Shown: positions 36,857 to 50,191 of the stretch, one piece after another
Numbering within the stretch: position 1 is the first letter of the stretch
Layout of the letters: the number at the start of each line of letters is the position of its first letter
Assembly (NCBI GenBank): GCA_030704615.1
Contig: CM060733.1
Coordinates: 35,216,001-35,280,000 of the forward strand
Length of the DNA stretch: 64,000 nucleotides
Origin: Takakia lepidozioides
Taxonomy: Eukaryota; Plantae; Bryophyta
Reading direction: 5' to 3'
Position numbers and translations under genes: made by a program
The notes under the pieces: generated by a model
The model's input: only the letters and a program-made list of their open reading frames with translations
Told to the model about the DNA's origin: nothing
Database searches by the model: none

Positions 36857-38047
36857 AGAAATTAAATCACAAATCTTGTCCCCTTCCCCCAAACCCACCC
36901 GTACCCTCCTAAGATAGCTCTAAGTGTGACCAGTTGCAAGAAACTAATCTCCACGGGAGGATTCCAAGTTCTTTATACGTGGAAGACTTCAAGGCCCTGT
37001 CCATTAGAAGCCCTCTGTTCAACAGTTGTGAGGTGATCCTTAGAAGTCCCAAGCGATGGCTATCTTGCACTGCAGGCATAGGATGATGCGCGGGAAGTCA
37101 AGTTGATGGGTGGCTGTACATAACCGTGTCAAAGGATTAATTTTCGGCATTGCCAGCCCCTTGTACGCTCTGCTGCATACTTCATCCCAGTGACTAGGAA
37201 TGTTGATATATGAAGGGAAAAAGTGGCTCCTCTGCAGCATCCCTACTGCCTAATAACCCAGAACGTCTGAAAATCTTTTCCAAACATGACAGTCATAGAC
37301 TTCTTAGGCAAGCTGGAGGAACTCCACATCAAGTGGACCGATAAATCGGTAACAACTAAGTCACAGTTTGCTCAAGATTGCCTTCCTTGTCCTCCACAAG
37401 GACAGAATGTTACAGCCCAATTATTTCTGTTTCTCTCTCTCCTCCAGGCAATAGCATGATTGAGGGTGGCTGATAGCCTGAGGAGGAGACTGGCATATGG
37501 AGTAGGCTGCAGCATGTTGAACGCCTTTGTACAGCTTGAGCTAGATGTACAGGCTGGAGATTAAGATTGAAAACGTTTCTTCTTTCCCTGTCCTCTACCG
37601 AGACATGGGCACTGCTTTTGCCTGTCTAGAGAGCCAGTCCCAGATAGAGGTGTTCCATCACAAGGATCAGAAATGCCTGCAGTATATATCCACAAGCCTT
37701 AGTGAATCTCTTGAAGTTGAGCACAGTTTTCTGGTTTTAGTGGTGGTTGTTAGGGCCCTCCCTTCTATCGTGTTTTCTGTTGTCCTTCACCCGATAGACT
37801 TTATGAAGTTTTTTTCTTTCTTTCCTTCACTCTTCTTCATTTCTGTCCTGTAATGTATTATTGTTCCACAAGCCATTCGGCTTCATCCAGTTCCTTCTCC
37901 GGCTTTCTTGGCCTCTGGGCAATAGTTTCCTTTTCTTTGCTTACTAGATAGTGATAACCGGGAAGTGTCAATGAAAACCCATATAGCCGCCCAACATCAA
38001 TTGTAGCTTGGGGGTTGGTATTGTGGTTACTGCAACATAACGAGTGG

Positions 38048-38225
38048 CTCTGCCACAAGAGGCTTTGTCCTTGCTCTTTCCTTCAGTGATTTTGGGTTGT
38101 TGTTTTATACTTTTTCCACGGCTTCATGAATCATGCCCATCAACCCTCCATAGACTAGGCTTAATGGATGAACCTAGTTCTCCCTCTAGGCAAGATGTCT
38201 CCACAATGCCTCTATCCCCTTGTGG
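38048..38225 (-). repeat. Second copy of the 11.1-11.4 kb repeat
   Basis: gttgttgttttatactttttccacggcttcatgaatcatgcccatcaaccctccatagactaggcttaatggat is the reverse complement of 11290-11360. Confidence 0.75.
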
Positions 38226-39827
38226 GACAGAGCCAACAAAGGGAAACAAGAGCTTATAGAGAGGGTGGAATTATGGGGATGTTGATGTCTGCATAATTTT
38301 GACCTCTATCCAAAATTTAGCAATTTGGCTTTTACATTATATGAAGGGAGAACATAGGTACGAGGGAGGGAGGAAATATGTTGACGCCCATGTAAGTTAT
38401 TTCTATTATGTTTTGTGTCCCTATGTTGCAACAAATTTTCAAAAAAACAGACTGATGATGCAAATAAGCTACCAAGCTCTAAGGGAAGAGACATTTTACT
38501 TGTACATTACTCTCTTCATTACTCCTCCCCGAATTGGTGGTGGCATGCAATGCCTCAGTCCCCTTTCATTGGAGAGCGAATATGTAAGTATATAAAGAAT
38601 GACAAGATGAACTATATGTTACCACGAAATGTGAAGTGCCAATACTTACTTGTTAATAATGTGCATAGTAGTCTATAGATGCGCGATATTCCCTAGGGGA
38701 CTAGCACCACGTCGGCAAGAGCATAATACTACTCTTTCTCATTGGCATGCATTTTGGCGATATAGTCCATCCAAGCCTACAACCTGTGGTTGCCATACAA
38801 CACAAAAATATTACCCATGAATGTCTTTATCAAGGGACTCTTTGCAACCATTGCCTCCAATTCCACATTGGTTTCTTGCCAAAATGGATCCCATCCCTAA
38901 ATACTAATCTCCTTCACCAATTTGCCTCAATCTTATCTGAATCCGTCATTGACACATAAAACACATGCGAGCCTAAGCGGTATCCATGCACGAAGTCACC
39001 CTCTAGTAATTCATCGCAATCTCATAGCTCTTTGAACACCCTAAGCAAAAGATTGGAAAACCAAAACCAAAACCAAAAAAAAACAAGTACGCGAGTTGCC
39101 AAACAAATATAACTTATAATGACACTTATAGAATTCTTTGGTTTTGCCTTCTTCATTTCTAAGCATCTTTGTTTTCGCTCTAACCTTTGCCAGTTTTAGG
39201 GCAAAATGCTTCCATTTTCCAGCTGATAATCAAGTATTTCTAACGAAAATAGATCCTCCCACCGTCTTTGGGTATATGGTGTCTTTCTAATAGCACCACT
39301 ATGTGCTCAGGACTAAGTGTCATGCTTAGGCTCACGCTTAGTGGGTCAACCGTGAGCCTAGGCTCACAAACTAACGTGAGATGGTGTAGCCTCCCTCTTT
39401 GAATGAGGCAATTTATTTGATGGGATTGAAACGTCCTACTCAGGTGACATGCCTGTCGTTGCCTACACCCTCTAATTTCCAATACCTTTGTCGTCGTCAA
39501 GCAGTCGAGAATTTTGGCTAGGTTCAAAAGAAAAGGAAGGGGATCCTCTTGGGTTTTCTATGGAGGTCAACAACCTCCTTCACATTTTTTGTGTGGCTTG
39601 ACTTTCAGCCTAGTTCTTTTAGTACAATGAGGTTGAAGAGCCAGCTTGCAAGGTTGTAAGGTAAAAACCAATCTGTCCTCTTTATTTTGGAGAGTTGGGG
39701 ACTTTGGGTTCTAAACCAAGTCCAGTTTCTAACTCCTTTCGTAGCTCCCAATGTGTCACAAAGTGAGGATGGTTTTGGGGTCTTGGGATCCACTGTGAAA
39801 ATCATGGTAATTTGTGATCTACATTTG

Positions 39828-39935
39828 AAGACCGACCACATCACGTCTGTGCGTTTGCAAGCCTGGCAGCCCTGGAAAAGGGCAAAGAGGTGCATGGTTG
39901 CATCACAAAAGCAGGAATTGTACCAGATGTGAATA
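39828..39935 (+). pseudogene. Small PPR fragment
   Basis: gaccacatcacgtctgtgcgtttgcaagcctggcagccctggaaaagggcaaagaggtgcatggttgcatc matches the L motif of the 13-15 kb array. Confidence 0.7.
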
Positions 39936-40231
39936 TGGCAATGTCAGAGAGTCAACTTGGGACATTGTGGCTGTATGCGCGAGCTGTATCTTGTATCTTT
40001 TTTTAGGGGCTTTGGCGTCAGAATCAGCATCATCGGATCAGATTGTAAACCTTGACAATGACATGTCTTTGCACTGTCATTAAAATGTTGGGGCTTGGAC
40101 CTGATGTTGAACTGCTTGATATTAAATTGGGAGAGAATGGCATTGACAGTTTTGATGACGATTCTGAGTCTTAAGAGATGATAGAGAAAACCCTCATGTT
40201 ATGTTGACAATCCAAACATGTGGGAATATTC

Positions 40232-41069
40232 CAGTGTTGTGCGGGTCTGGGTTTTGAAGGCGGGTACCCGGCGGGTTAGGATCAGGGTTACTTGGACCCG
40301 CACCCAGACCCGGGTTCATATTAGAAATGAACCCGGAACCTGACCCGCCTGCTGGGTCCAGAACCAGTTATACCCTCTACCCAGGGGCCAATGTAGGGGC
40401 TCAGGTCCGGGTCTAATTTTAGATGGGGCATGCGGGGTCCACCATAGATCTGGTAGGTTTTGTCATATGTGTGGAGGGGACGAGCAGCAATAGGCCACTG
40501 CACCAGCCAGCCCCACCACGCCCACCACGTTGTAGCCCCGTGGTAATGGCCACATACCACCTCAAAAGCGGTTGTGGGTTCAATCCAGGGCCTGGTGTCA
40601 CAAAGTTGTGCCCTATGGGACCATAATTTACAAAAAGGAGGCGTCTTATATTATTATTAGGCCAGATCCCACACATCCATGCTATAGTGATCTATCCTTG
40701 AGGCATGTTACTATTCTTAACATGTTTAAGAATTGATATTGAAAAATAAAAAATGGAACTCAAACTTCTATTTTAATTCTTGTGTTAAATGAGCAATACG
40801 TATTCATGGTATATTTTGAAGGAATGTCTCTTAAAATAAAATTCATTATTAGGATTTAAAGTTTTTTCCAGCCAAAAATAATTTTATCCCTAATTAATCT
40901 TATTTTTCTAATTTATTTAATCAATTAATTAGGACCCGGATCCGAACCCGTGAACCCGCCAATATTTCCCAACAACTACCCGGACCCTAACCCGAGTCTG
41001 TGTTGACAAACCCAGACCCCAACCCGGACCCGGCAGGTTCCTTAAAAAGGCAGAACCCGCACAACACTA
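40232..41069. mobile_element. hAT-type MITE, 838 bp, with 8-bp TSD
   Basis: TIRs cagtgttgtgcgggt and acccgcacaacacta. TSD gaatattc at 40224-40231 and 41070-41077. Subterminal acccg repeats. Confidence 0.9.
40531..40605 (+). mobile_element. tRNA-derived SINE-like head inside the MITE
   Basis: tgtagccccgtggtaatggccacataccacctcaaaagcggttgtgggttcaatcc has A/B boxes and is homologous to the 12.3-12.5 kb units. Confidence 0.6.
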
Positions 41070-41286
41070 GAATATTCCTTGAACATGAGAGCAATGCCTG
41101 CCATGAGCATGGTTTGTATGAGTAACCCGAAAAATGGGAATATTGGCCTTATGCTCTCATATTCAAGGATGATATGTGGAATTCTAGAGCCATTGAATTG
41201 CCTAAGGTAAGATTTGTCAGTCTTGTCCCTGGACCAAACCGTGCTTTAGTACAACATAATATTAGGTACTAGTCTTTTTATTCCCC

Positions 41287-41790
41287 ATGGTATGTGCATT
41301 CCCAACCAAGCCCGAAGCTCTTTCACAGTTAGATCATACCAACACTGATCTCCTATTGTTGAGGGGCCTCGCATACATGTTTGTCATCATTATCACCTAT
41401 CGCATAAGATGCAAGCCAAAAAAATTTGAAGAAGTCCATTGGAACAACATCATCGGGCAAAGAGTGGTAAGTGGTGATTTTTTCAAGTGCCCTACTTTAA
41501 GGTGGATTATAAGTAAGAATATGTGGGAGTCAATTCTTCGTTGTCCACACCTTGTGGACAACTGTCTAATATGTTTTGACAGTATTGACCCTACCTTTGA
41601 TAAGCTTGTTAAGAGTATATGGCTCTAAGACTCCAAGAATCAGTTGTATGCCAAAGGTATGCCAAGTGCATGACCTCCGAGCAGAATGTGACTGTCGATG
41701 AAATGATGGTTAAATACAAATGTAAATATTGTCGCATACAATTACATGTTCAAAAAACTAGTCAAATGGGGTATATAAATTGGGTGTCTA
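41287..41790 (+). mobile_element. Decayed piggyBac-like transposase
   Basis: ILRCPHLVDN...DPTFDKL and NVTVDEMMVKYKCKYC resemble the DDE_Tnp_1_7 core; frameshifted. Confidence 0.7.
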
Positions 41791-41814
41791 TTTCTCGTTT
41801 TGTGAGGCTTCCTA

Positions 41815-44800
41815 TTGATGTGGAGGGCAATTACTTTTCTGTCAAAAGTTTGGAGGATTTTTCATGGGCGACATGTTACAATTGTGGTCAATATGGACAC
41901 ACTAAGGCAGACTGCCCCAGACCAAAGAGGAAGAGAGCCTCTCCGAGGTAGGAGGTTGTTACCCTCCCGCCGTAGGCTGATATCTCATCCACTTCTCTGG
42001 ATCCACCCCCCAAAGAGTTACACAACTCCATTTCAACACTAATTTGGCTCACACCTCTCAATCTCACCAGCTATCCTCTAATGAATGGGACCAATCAGCT
42101 CAACACTTGTCGTTCACGCCGCCGGCAAAAAAGAGGAAAGACACCTTGGATCCCATGATTCTATAGGCCGCATTCCACGGTACAATCGATAGAAAGGGCA
42201 AAGGTCTACTTGAAATGGAAATTAAATCTCTGTCGATCCTCCCCAGATTGTCCAATCTGTCTCTGCAGCAAAAGGTCACTGCTATCATACTTCTAAAGGT
42301 CCATCCCCGATTGCGCAAAACCAGGTGGTGGCCAAGATCTGCGCCAAGCTCCACACCTTTCCTTCACTGGCACTTCGCGGCTGCTCCAGGCAAAACTCTG
42401 CTTCTGATCCCAAGGCTATCAGCATATCGCCACTCATCTTTCGCAGGAATCCCCAGCCAGCATTTCTGATATCTGCCAAGGACGGTATTAACATGGAGTC
42501 AATTTGGGTGACATCACAGGATGTGCAATCTTTCCTGGATAAGTCTCCAATGGACAGCAGCCTGGTCCCTACGTTGCGCAACAAGATAAATGATTACCTT
42601 CATTCCAACTAGAATCACTACTCCCTTGGTCCTCAAACCCACATAACTCGGGGTGCATATGTGGAAGAATTCCCACGGTTGCATTCAGATCTCTCCCCCT
42701 CGACACTCATCTAGTTGGCATAGGTAGAGGGAAAGGATTTGTTGACTGGGGGCCCGACGGAACAGGGAGCTTGTGTGCAGCCTGCCAGTTTCAACCAGCC
42801 CACAACAACAGATGCCATTCTGGCTAGATCAAGGGACATTGCTCACAACGGTTTCACTATTCTCCGTGCAATCCTAGAGACCGAGATGCACGACCAAAAC
42901 AAAATGATCAAGCTGCAGCGCCATCATATAGGCCAATGGACTCGCCGATTTCTTTGACCTCCTCCGAGGACCAGCTTTCGCAGCCCCTGTCTCAGCAAGC
43001 CCCAATGCCACAACCCTATAGCTATCCCTCTGCGCCAACTCTTTTCTCGCCCACGCCTCTAGAGCTGGGAGAGGCCTATGACTCTGTAAGCTCTCTCTCT
43101 CTCTCTCTCTCTCCACAAACTCTCTCCTCCCCCATCCCTTCCCTGCTATTCCACTCATTATTTTCTTCCCTCTAGCCAGGAACCCCCGTAAATGCAGAAT
43201 TTTGTGTGTCAAACCCTCGAAACCCTGTTCAGCTTCATGGAAAGTTTTACCATCTATCCTCTACCTCCCATGAGAAGGCCCTTTCACCGTCACATTCGGC
43301 TCTGGTATCCTTCCCTTTAGCACGGCAATCCCCCTCAAACTCATTCTTCTCTCGTACTTTTCATGCAAATTATGTGCCAAGTCAGTCCTTGCCCCTCTCT
43401 CTCGCTTCCAGCCTATAAGCCAAAAAGAAACAAGCCCCTTCACCTTCGTCTTGCTACTAGAACTCAGCAGGGCTGAAGCTGCTGCCCCAATAAACCACTA
43501 TTGGATTACGGCTCCACACCCTATGGACAAGAGGACTAAATTCAGGTTTCAAGCAACCAGACCATCATTTGAGAGCTGCCCTCTCAGCCTATACTTCTCG
43601 GACGAAGCAAATTAATTATCTTCGAACATAACGGGGATAGGCTTAGACCAATTGTCGCTCAAAAAACTTAAGGTGAGTGCTTGGCTGGCCCCCCTAGTCC
43701 CAACAGAATCGGTGGTTTTCCTGCAAGAACATAAATTGTGCGCTGACAAAATCAAGGAGCTCACGGATCAGCTCTGGCCTCACTCCAATGCTCTATGGAA
43801 ACCCTCATTTGAGGGTACTAGAGGTGGGACCGCTATTCTCCTTTCGCCCTCTCTGAAGCGATTCGTGGTCAAGGATGAGGTTTAGGAGCCTGGAAGGGTC
43901 CAATACTCCTTACTAAAGCTTTCGGCTGACTCTGAAACAATTGGTCTACTAAACATCTATGCTCCCAACACTCCCTCGGAAAGATCGGCTCTTTGGGACA
44001 GTCTCAACCCCAGGATGATAAATGAAACCGACACTCATAAGTGGGGATTGGCGGGAGACTTCAATATGGTGGAGAATGAAATTGATAGAAGGGGCCATGG
44101 CTTCCAACACCTCGACCAAGAAGAAGAAAGACTCTGGCAGGTACTGCTTCAAACCCACAGCCTGTCAGAAATCGAGGGTCCTACGCCGGACCCTGCGGGG
44201 ATTGATCCCTTCTTCACATGGTCAAACAATAGGGGTTTGGCAGATCTTAGCATGGCTCAGTTGGATAGGATTTACATCTCTATGTCCATGTCCAATGGGG
44301 CCCATACACATCCCCAGGAGCCCATTCCCCAAGGTTTTGACCACGCTATGGTGGCAGCTTCCATCCCAATTTCCAATGTCTATAGGCGTGGCAGAGGCTT
44401 GTTTAAGCTCAACACCATCCACTTAAAGATCCCATCCTTCGTCCTTGCGGGACTGCATGTGGCATGGAAAGAGGCTGGTAAACACCTGCTCTGCCCCATC
44501 CAAAAATTCGAGGTTGAGCTGGTGGCAACCAGCAAGGTCAGTCAAAACCTGAGCAAAAGAAATTGTTGCCGCTCGGAAAAGAAGAACAACAGCCCTTAGG
44601 AAATGCTTGGGTATCTGTCAGAAAAAAATTGAGGCCAACAACTGCGATGACCATACCTTCCAGAATTACCTGGAAGCCCGCCATAACCTAGACCTGACTC
44701 TCATTCACTTGGAAAAAAGATGCAAATCCAAGCAGGGGTGAACTAGTCCACAAAAGGTGAGAAAATGTCCAAGTATTTTTTCCAGAAGGTATGGCCAACT

Positions 44801-46150
44801 CAATTAAATCCACTGGTGTTATGCCATCATCTGTGTCCCTAGGGGTGATCTCTTTGCTCTTCAAGAAGGGGGATAGGGCAGATATGGGTAACTACAGGCC
44901 CATAACTTTGCTGGCGCTTCATCTACATGAGCCTCTCCTTCCTAAAGTTATCAGAATTGGACAAGCCTGTGTGCAGATCCTTCTCTCCTAATCGTCCAGC
45001 AGGGTCACTATCAATGGCCATATGTCCAGGCCATTATGGCTGGAAAGATCTGTGAGACAAGGTTGCCCATTGGCCCCCTTCCTCTTTTATTTGTGGCAGG
45101 CACATTGGGCAACATGCTCGATAGCAATATGCAGGTTGAAGGGCTAAGGATAAAAATCCCCAAATCACAGCTATGGACTCAAGTTAAAAACTCCATGTTC
45201 GTGGATGACGCCTTTCTGCTTCTCGATGCCAACCCTCTCTCCTTCCTCTCTCTCTAACTGTTGCAGAGAAAACCTTACAGGATTTCTGCCGGGTCTCAGG
45301 CTTTAGGGTCAACTGGACCAAGACTAAAGCCATTTGGTGGGAGACAGAGCCAGATCTACTATTGGGGTGTGCCCTACCTGGGAGAATAACTATGGCATAG
45401 TTTGGCTGAAAGAAGGGGAGCCAACAACCCTTCTGGGGCACCCCTTTGGTCTCAATTTAACCGAAGAGCAGAGGATGGGTCCTACAATTGCCAAGCTAAA
45501 AAAGAAGTTAGCATTCTGGGGTTCTAAATACCTCTCCATCACGGGGAGGGCTCTAGCTGCCAACCAAGTTCTTCTCACTGGTATTTGGTACTTTGCATCC
45601 ACTTGGAGCCTAGGTAAGAAATAAATTCAAGAGGCGAAGAGATGCATTAGAAATTTCATATGGGGTGCCCATGCAGTCTCCCAAAACAAGAAACCGCAGG
45701 TCTCCTGGCGCCAGATCTGCTTGCCCAAGAAAATGGTGGGCCTGGGTGTTTTAGATCCAGAAACTCAAATTAAGGCCCTTCTAGGCAAATGGCTTCCCTG
45801 TTATTTGGGCCCAAAAAGGGGCTGGTGGAAGCTAATGGTTGCTGGGACAATCTCTCTCTCCTCCCCCTATCGCTCCACTGTCTGGGAGTTGCTTCAGATC
45901 AGTGGATTACTCAGCTGCAATCTGAAAATCCCCAGGCTCTCCTCTCTGGAACTCTATATGGTAGGCTTGGGCCAGCTTCCGGCCCTTTCTTCCCAAACTG
46001 GAGCCAACCACATTTCAAGAGGTGCAAAGGGAGCATCTGTTCCTCAATAACCCCCAGCCATCTGTCACTGAAAAGGCTTGGGCTAGGATAGGGGCAGCAT
46101 GGGAGACAAGAGGGATTGCCCTGGGGGGTGCACTCTTCATAAAAAGACCA
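41815..46150 (+). mobile_element. Decayed L1-clade LINE
   Basis: ORF1 knuckle CYNCGQYGHTKADC. Endonuclease motifs FLQEHK, NIYAP, AGDFN, FTWSN and LDRIY. RT motifs LLFKKGD...NYRPITLL, SVRQGCPLAP and MFVDD. Many stops and deletions. Confidence 0.88.
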
Positions 46151-46729
46151 TATCACGTGCGTGCATCAGCCAATAAACAATACCCCTGTATATAGCTTAA
46201 TTCATGAATTTATCATATATATACATATTTTTAAAACTTTATTAAAACCCCTAAAGTATTTATATAAAACAAACAATTAATGAATAACAATAAACTGCTG
46301 TATGTAATCATGTGTTCATTGAGAATATAAAAACCCTTTATTTAGGTATAATTTTTAATACAAAATTATGGACAAATTGTAGATCGGATTTTTAAAAAAT
46401 CAAAATAACTTGTGTAACATTAGTATAAAACTTATTTTCCGTTTATAAAATTGTTAAAAACATGCTGAAATGTGTTGAGAAAGGTGCTTTCATTAGCAGT
46501 GCCTTGTTTTATCAATTGTGTTGTTGCCGCTGCTGTTTCCACTTAGGCCAAAACAAAAAGATTTTTCTCTTAAGAAACGGAGGGGGGGATTTGCTGCTGC
46601 TCCTCCTCTCTCCCTCCCTCGTTTTCCTTGGCCTAGTAGGGGGGAGAGAGACAGCAGCAGCAGCAACTGCTGCTCTTTCCCTGCTTAGGCAAACAAAAGG
46701 AAAAAAAACAATAATAGTAATAACAAATC

Positions 46730-47150
46730 TCGTTGCTCCCACATTTGATATACATGTTGACGTGGGTACTGTTCAGAATGACACCTGATCTAACCCTGTT
46801 GTCACCATGGACCTCTTTGTCTTTTTCGAGGGCTGTTTGCATGGTTGTTCATGCATTATAAACACAAACGAACATAATCTGGTCCAACTTCAAGCCTTCG
46901 TGCATCATTTGCTCATAGGTCTCTATGTCAAAGTCTTCATCCCACACCCCTCCTATGCATATCATGCATTCATCACATTCCACAACACCACATCTCGTTC
47001 AGCCATATTGTCAAAACACTGCATCTAGTTAAACCACCTTGATGCACCCGCTCTTGAATTACATGTCCACCAAGGTAGGGTTCATAATGACATCTGATAC
47101 AATTCCAGCTCTTACGATGTCACCATGGACTTCTTTGCCCTTTTCGAAAG
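46730..47150 (-). pseudogene. PPR fragment
   Basis: ALEKDKEVHGD...ILNSTHVNMYIKCGS; the neighbouring 46465-46520 matches the PPR-associated flank at 16130-16205. Confidence 0.7.
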
Positions 47151-47163
47151 GGTATCAGGAGAG

Positions 47164-47169
<6 letters not shown>

Positions 47170-47196
<27 letters not shown>
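47170..47196. repeat. (CT)n microsatellite
   Basis: Direct observation; similar tracts at about 43091-43112 and 52343-52357. Confidence 0.85.
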
Positions 47197-47616
47197 CCTT
47201 AAGCTCCCGACACGATGAATTCGAGGTCAGATGGTGGGGTCAGCTGCAACATATGACTAATTTCCCATGGCTATAGGCTCCGGTTGAAAGAACTCGAACG
47301 ATTTTCGACGTTCACGTACCTTGTGTTCAAAACTGTATACATGTCGTATAGACAATGCCAGTAGTGAAGGTCCATGTAAGACTGGGGTATATTTAGAACG
47401 CACGGTCGAATTTGGAAATTGTACAAAGTGTATAAAGTGTACAAAACATTGCCATTCATTTGATCATGACGTGGGGTAGGAGATGGCTTCTGAGTCAAGA
47501 AAGTGATGCCATCAAATAGCCTGAAGCTTTTTCATACAAATGCGCGACTTTGCCATCTGTCATCGGACATCACAGAAAAGCAGCCCAGGCTTTGCAAGGT
47601 CATGCTCGAGAACATC

Positions 47617-48096
47617 TCAAACTCGTGCAGTACTATCTCGCTCAAGTAGTGTCATAACATCAGCTGGCCCTAACGTACATTGGTGAATGTATGTGTCTCT
47701 TTTTGGATCACAAAACATCCTCTGAATGTACATGTAGTACAAATGTTTGCATGACACAAATTTACCTCTCTTTCCTAGAGAACTGGAGATTGTGTTTTTG
47801 AAGTCTGGGCAAGTGCAATCTGGGAAATTGGAAACTGTTACCTCGTACGTCCTGTTGTGAAGAACAGATCCCATCATCACCATACTATACACCCGTCCGT
47901 AGCCTGGTGGGGGAACATCGACAACGTGGGTGATCCGACACTGAAGGGTTTTCGCTAATTCAATCTTGTACTCGTGCTCTGCATCTGCCTCAACCCGCTG
48001 GACCACCTTTCCGTTTCTTTTCGTAGGCCAGTCGTTGCCAAGTGGAGGGCGCGCAGGAAACGGGGAAGGGAAATCATGCGAAGAATTAACCGTCAT
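47617..48096 (-). mobile_element. SWIM zinc-finger ORF, probably transposon-derived
   Basis: YEVTVSNFPDCTCPDF...CKHLYY fits CxC-xn-CxH. The upstream region is broken by stops. Confidence 0.6.
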
Positions 48097-49232
48097 GACA
48101 GTTTGGTCCTCTTGGGAGCCAAAATCCTACATCTATTGACTAGAAGGAGGGAAATGAGCCCTAACCTTGAGTATCAAAAGGGTACTTCATGGTTCTATCC
48201 CTACCTCTCCAATTTTGTCTTTGATGAGATATCTTGCCATTGCATGCATTCTCACCCTCTTAAGTTGATGTGCTTGGAAGTAGTTGATATCATTTATAGC
48301 TTATATCTCTGAAATGATGTTTCTTAGAGGACTTCTTCTATATTAAGCCTGTAGATAAGCTTGGTTAAAAGTAGAAATTGATAACAAGTGGGCTGGGCTT
48401 AAAATGCTTGGTATTCCACAACAGTCACTAACCTGTTGTTTGTGTGGGTGCTTGTGATGGGACCAGGTGAGGTTCCAGCCCTTTCTTTTAGGCTTGACTC
48501 CCCTATAGGCTCGCGGAAGAGACTTCAAAGAGGCTCTAAATCTTTGCCTCTTTGTGGTATTTACTGTCCTCAGTTCTTGTTGCATGTTGATGTACTTAGG
48601 AGCTTGAATAGGGCTGACCACATCCGTGAGATGCAGTGGTGGCTGTCCTCAATTGAGATTTCTATCTTAGGGAGGAAGAGAGAGGACCATGACAGGGTCA
48701 TGTCATGATCCTTTGGCTATTTCAGAAGTACTACTATTTCGAATCTATATTGGTATGTTGGTATCACAAAAGGTATCTACTGACCTATCTCGCATTGGAT
48801 TCTTGTGGACGTAACATTGTGTTTCTCGTTGTGTTACCTTGTCTGCCTTCCCTCCTGGACATAAGGTGATGGTTGTGTGACTTTTAGCCACCCTCCCACC
48901 CCCTTAGTCTTGGATAATAGCAAAAAAGAAAGTTGGTTTCTGCTTCTACGTAAGGTCTACATAGAGAGACCTTTGTTTTCTATGTGGTATTCTTAGGTGG
49001 AGTTCCAATTACCACCTACTTACTCACTATGACTTCATCTGTACATAACTAGTGGCTACTGGAGTTTGTTGATGGGGCCTTGTTTCATGGTTGAGGATGT
49101 CTTTAACTTAAAGAAGCATTATGATTCAGACGAATTCTTTACTAGTCTTGACATGACTATCCCTATCTCTCTTGTAAAGTGCCTAAAAATGGGTCCCACT
49201 GCCCATTGTGGCATTTAGTGAGATGTAACCCA

Positions 49233-49414
49233 ATTGGCCTGAAAGCTTTGCAGAGCCATGGTAGGTAAGGCTTCTAAAAGGCTTCTGAATACTGATTGGC
49301 CTGAAAGCTTTGCAGAGCCCTGGTAGGTAAGGCTTCTAAAAGGCTTCTGAATACTGATTGGCCTGAAAGCTTTGCCGAGCCTTGGTAGTCAAGGCTTCTA
49401 AAAGGCATTGGCCT
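49233..49414. repeat. 62-bp tandem repeat, ~3 copies
   Basis: attggcctgaaagctttgcagagcc... starts at 49233, 49295 and 49357. Confidence 0.85.
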
Positions 49415-50191
49415 CTTTGCAACAAGATCAGGCTGGCCCACCACCTCCACCTCATTAGCATAGGACTTCAAATATTTTTGGAATCCCCATGGAGATAGTC
49501 CCAATCATCACCAACCACCAACCTACGAGAAGTGGAACCCATAAACTCCAAGCAAATGCCACAATCCTCTTACTACCAGACTACATCTCAATCTTGCCAC
49601 AATTGAACCGTTTATTGGATATATACCAAAAACAAGGTAACACGGAGGGGTTGGATGTGTTGGGGCCTGCTGTCAGGTACTGCTCAGCTCCATGGGGCGG
49701 CGGGCCTCATTACCAAAGGCCACACAAAATTCAGACCTTATTAGGTGCAGCCAATACTATGTACAGATTTTGTTTTTAGGGAGTTATTCCAAGGGTCACT
49801 ATTTCAAAGAGGAAATTGAAGTCAAACATACCCACGAGGCGCATAGGCTTAAATTTTAATATCTCTGTGGGGTGCTCACCTTTTTGCCATGTGCGTGCTG
49901 TGTATTTGACACAAGCCAAACAAAGTCAATTTAGGGTTTGCATAAACAGAGCGCAGGGAACGTCAGAGGGACAATCCGCAGTCGAACACGATCTTTGTCA
50001 ACCCACCTCGGATTTCTGATACGAAACTGATAAGTACTAAGTAGGTGATTGCCTGACTTTTCAGCTTCTTCGTGGGTGCTGATCGCCATACCCATTGTGG
50101 GCATTGAGAACCATTTCAGTACCGTGGTGGTGGCTGAGAGATGCATTTGCCACGTGGGTATAGGATCTTGGGGAGGAGCTAAAGGGAAAGA

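Noticed and set aside
49233-49414. CRISPR-like repeat
   Set aside because: Plain 62-bp head-to-tail minisatellite with no spacers.
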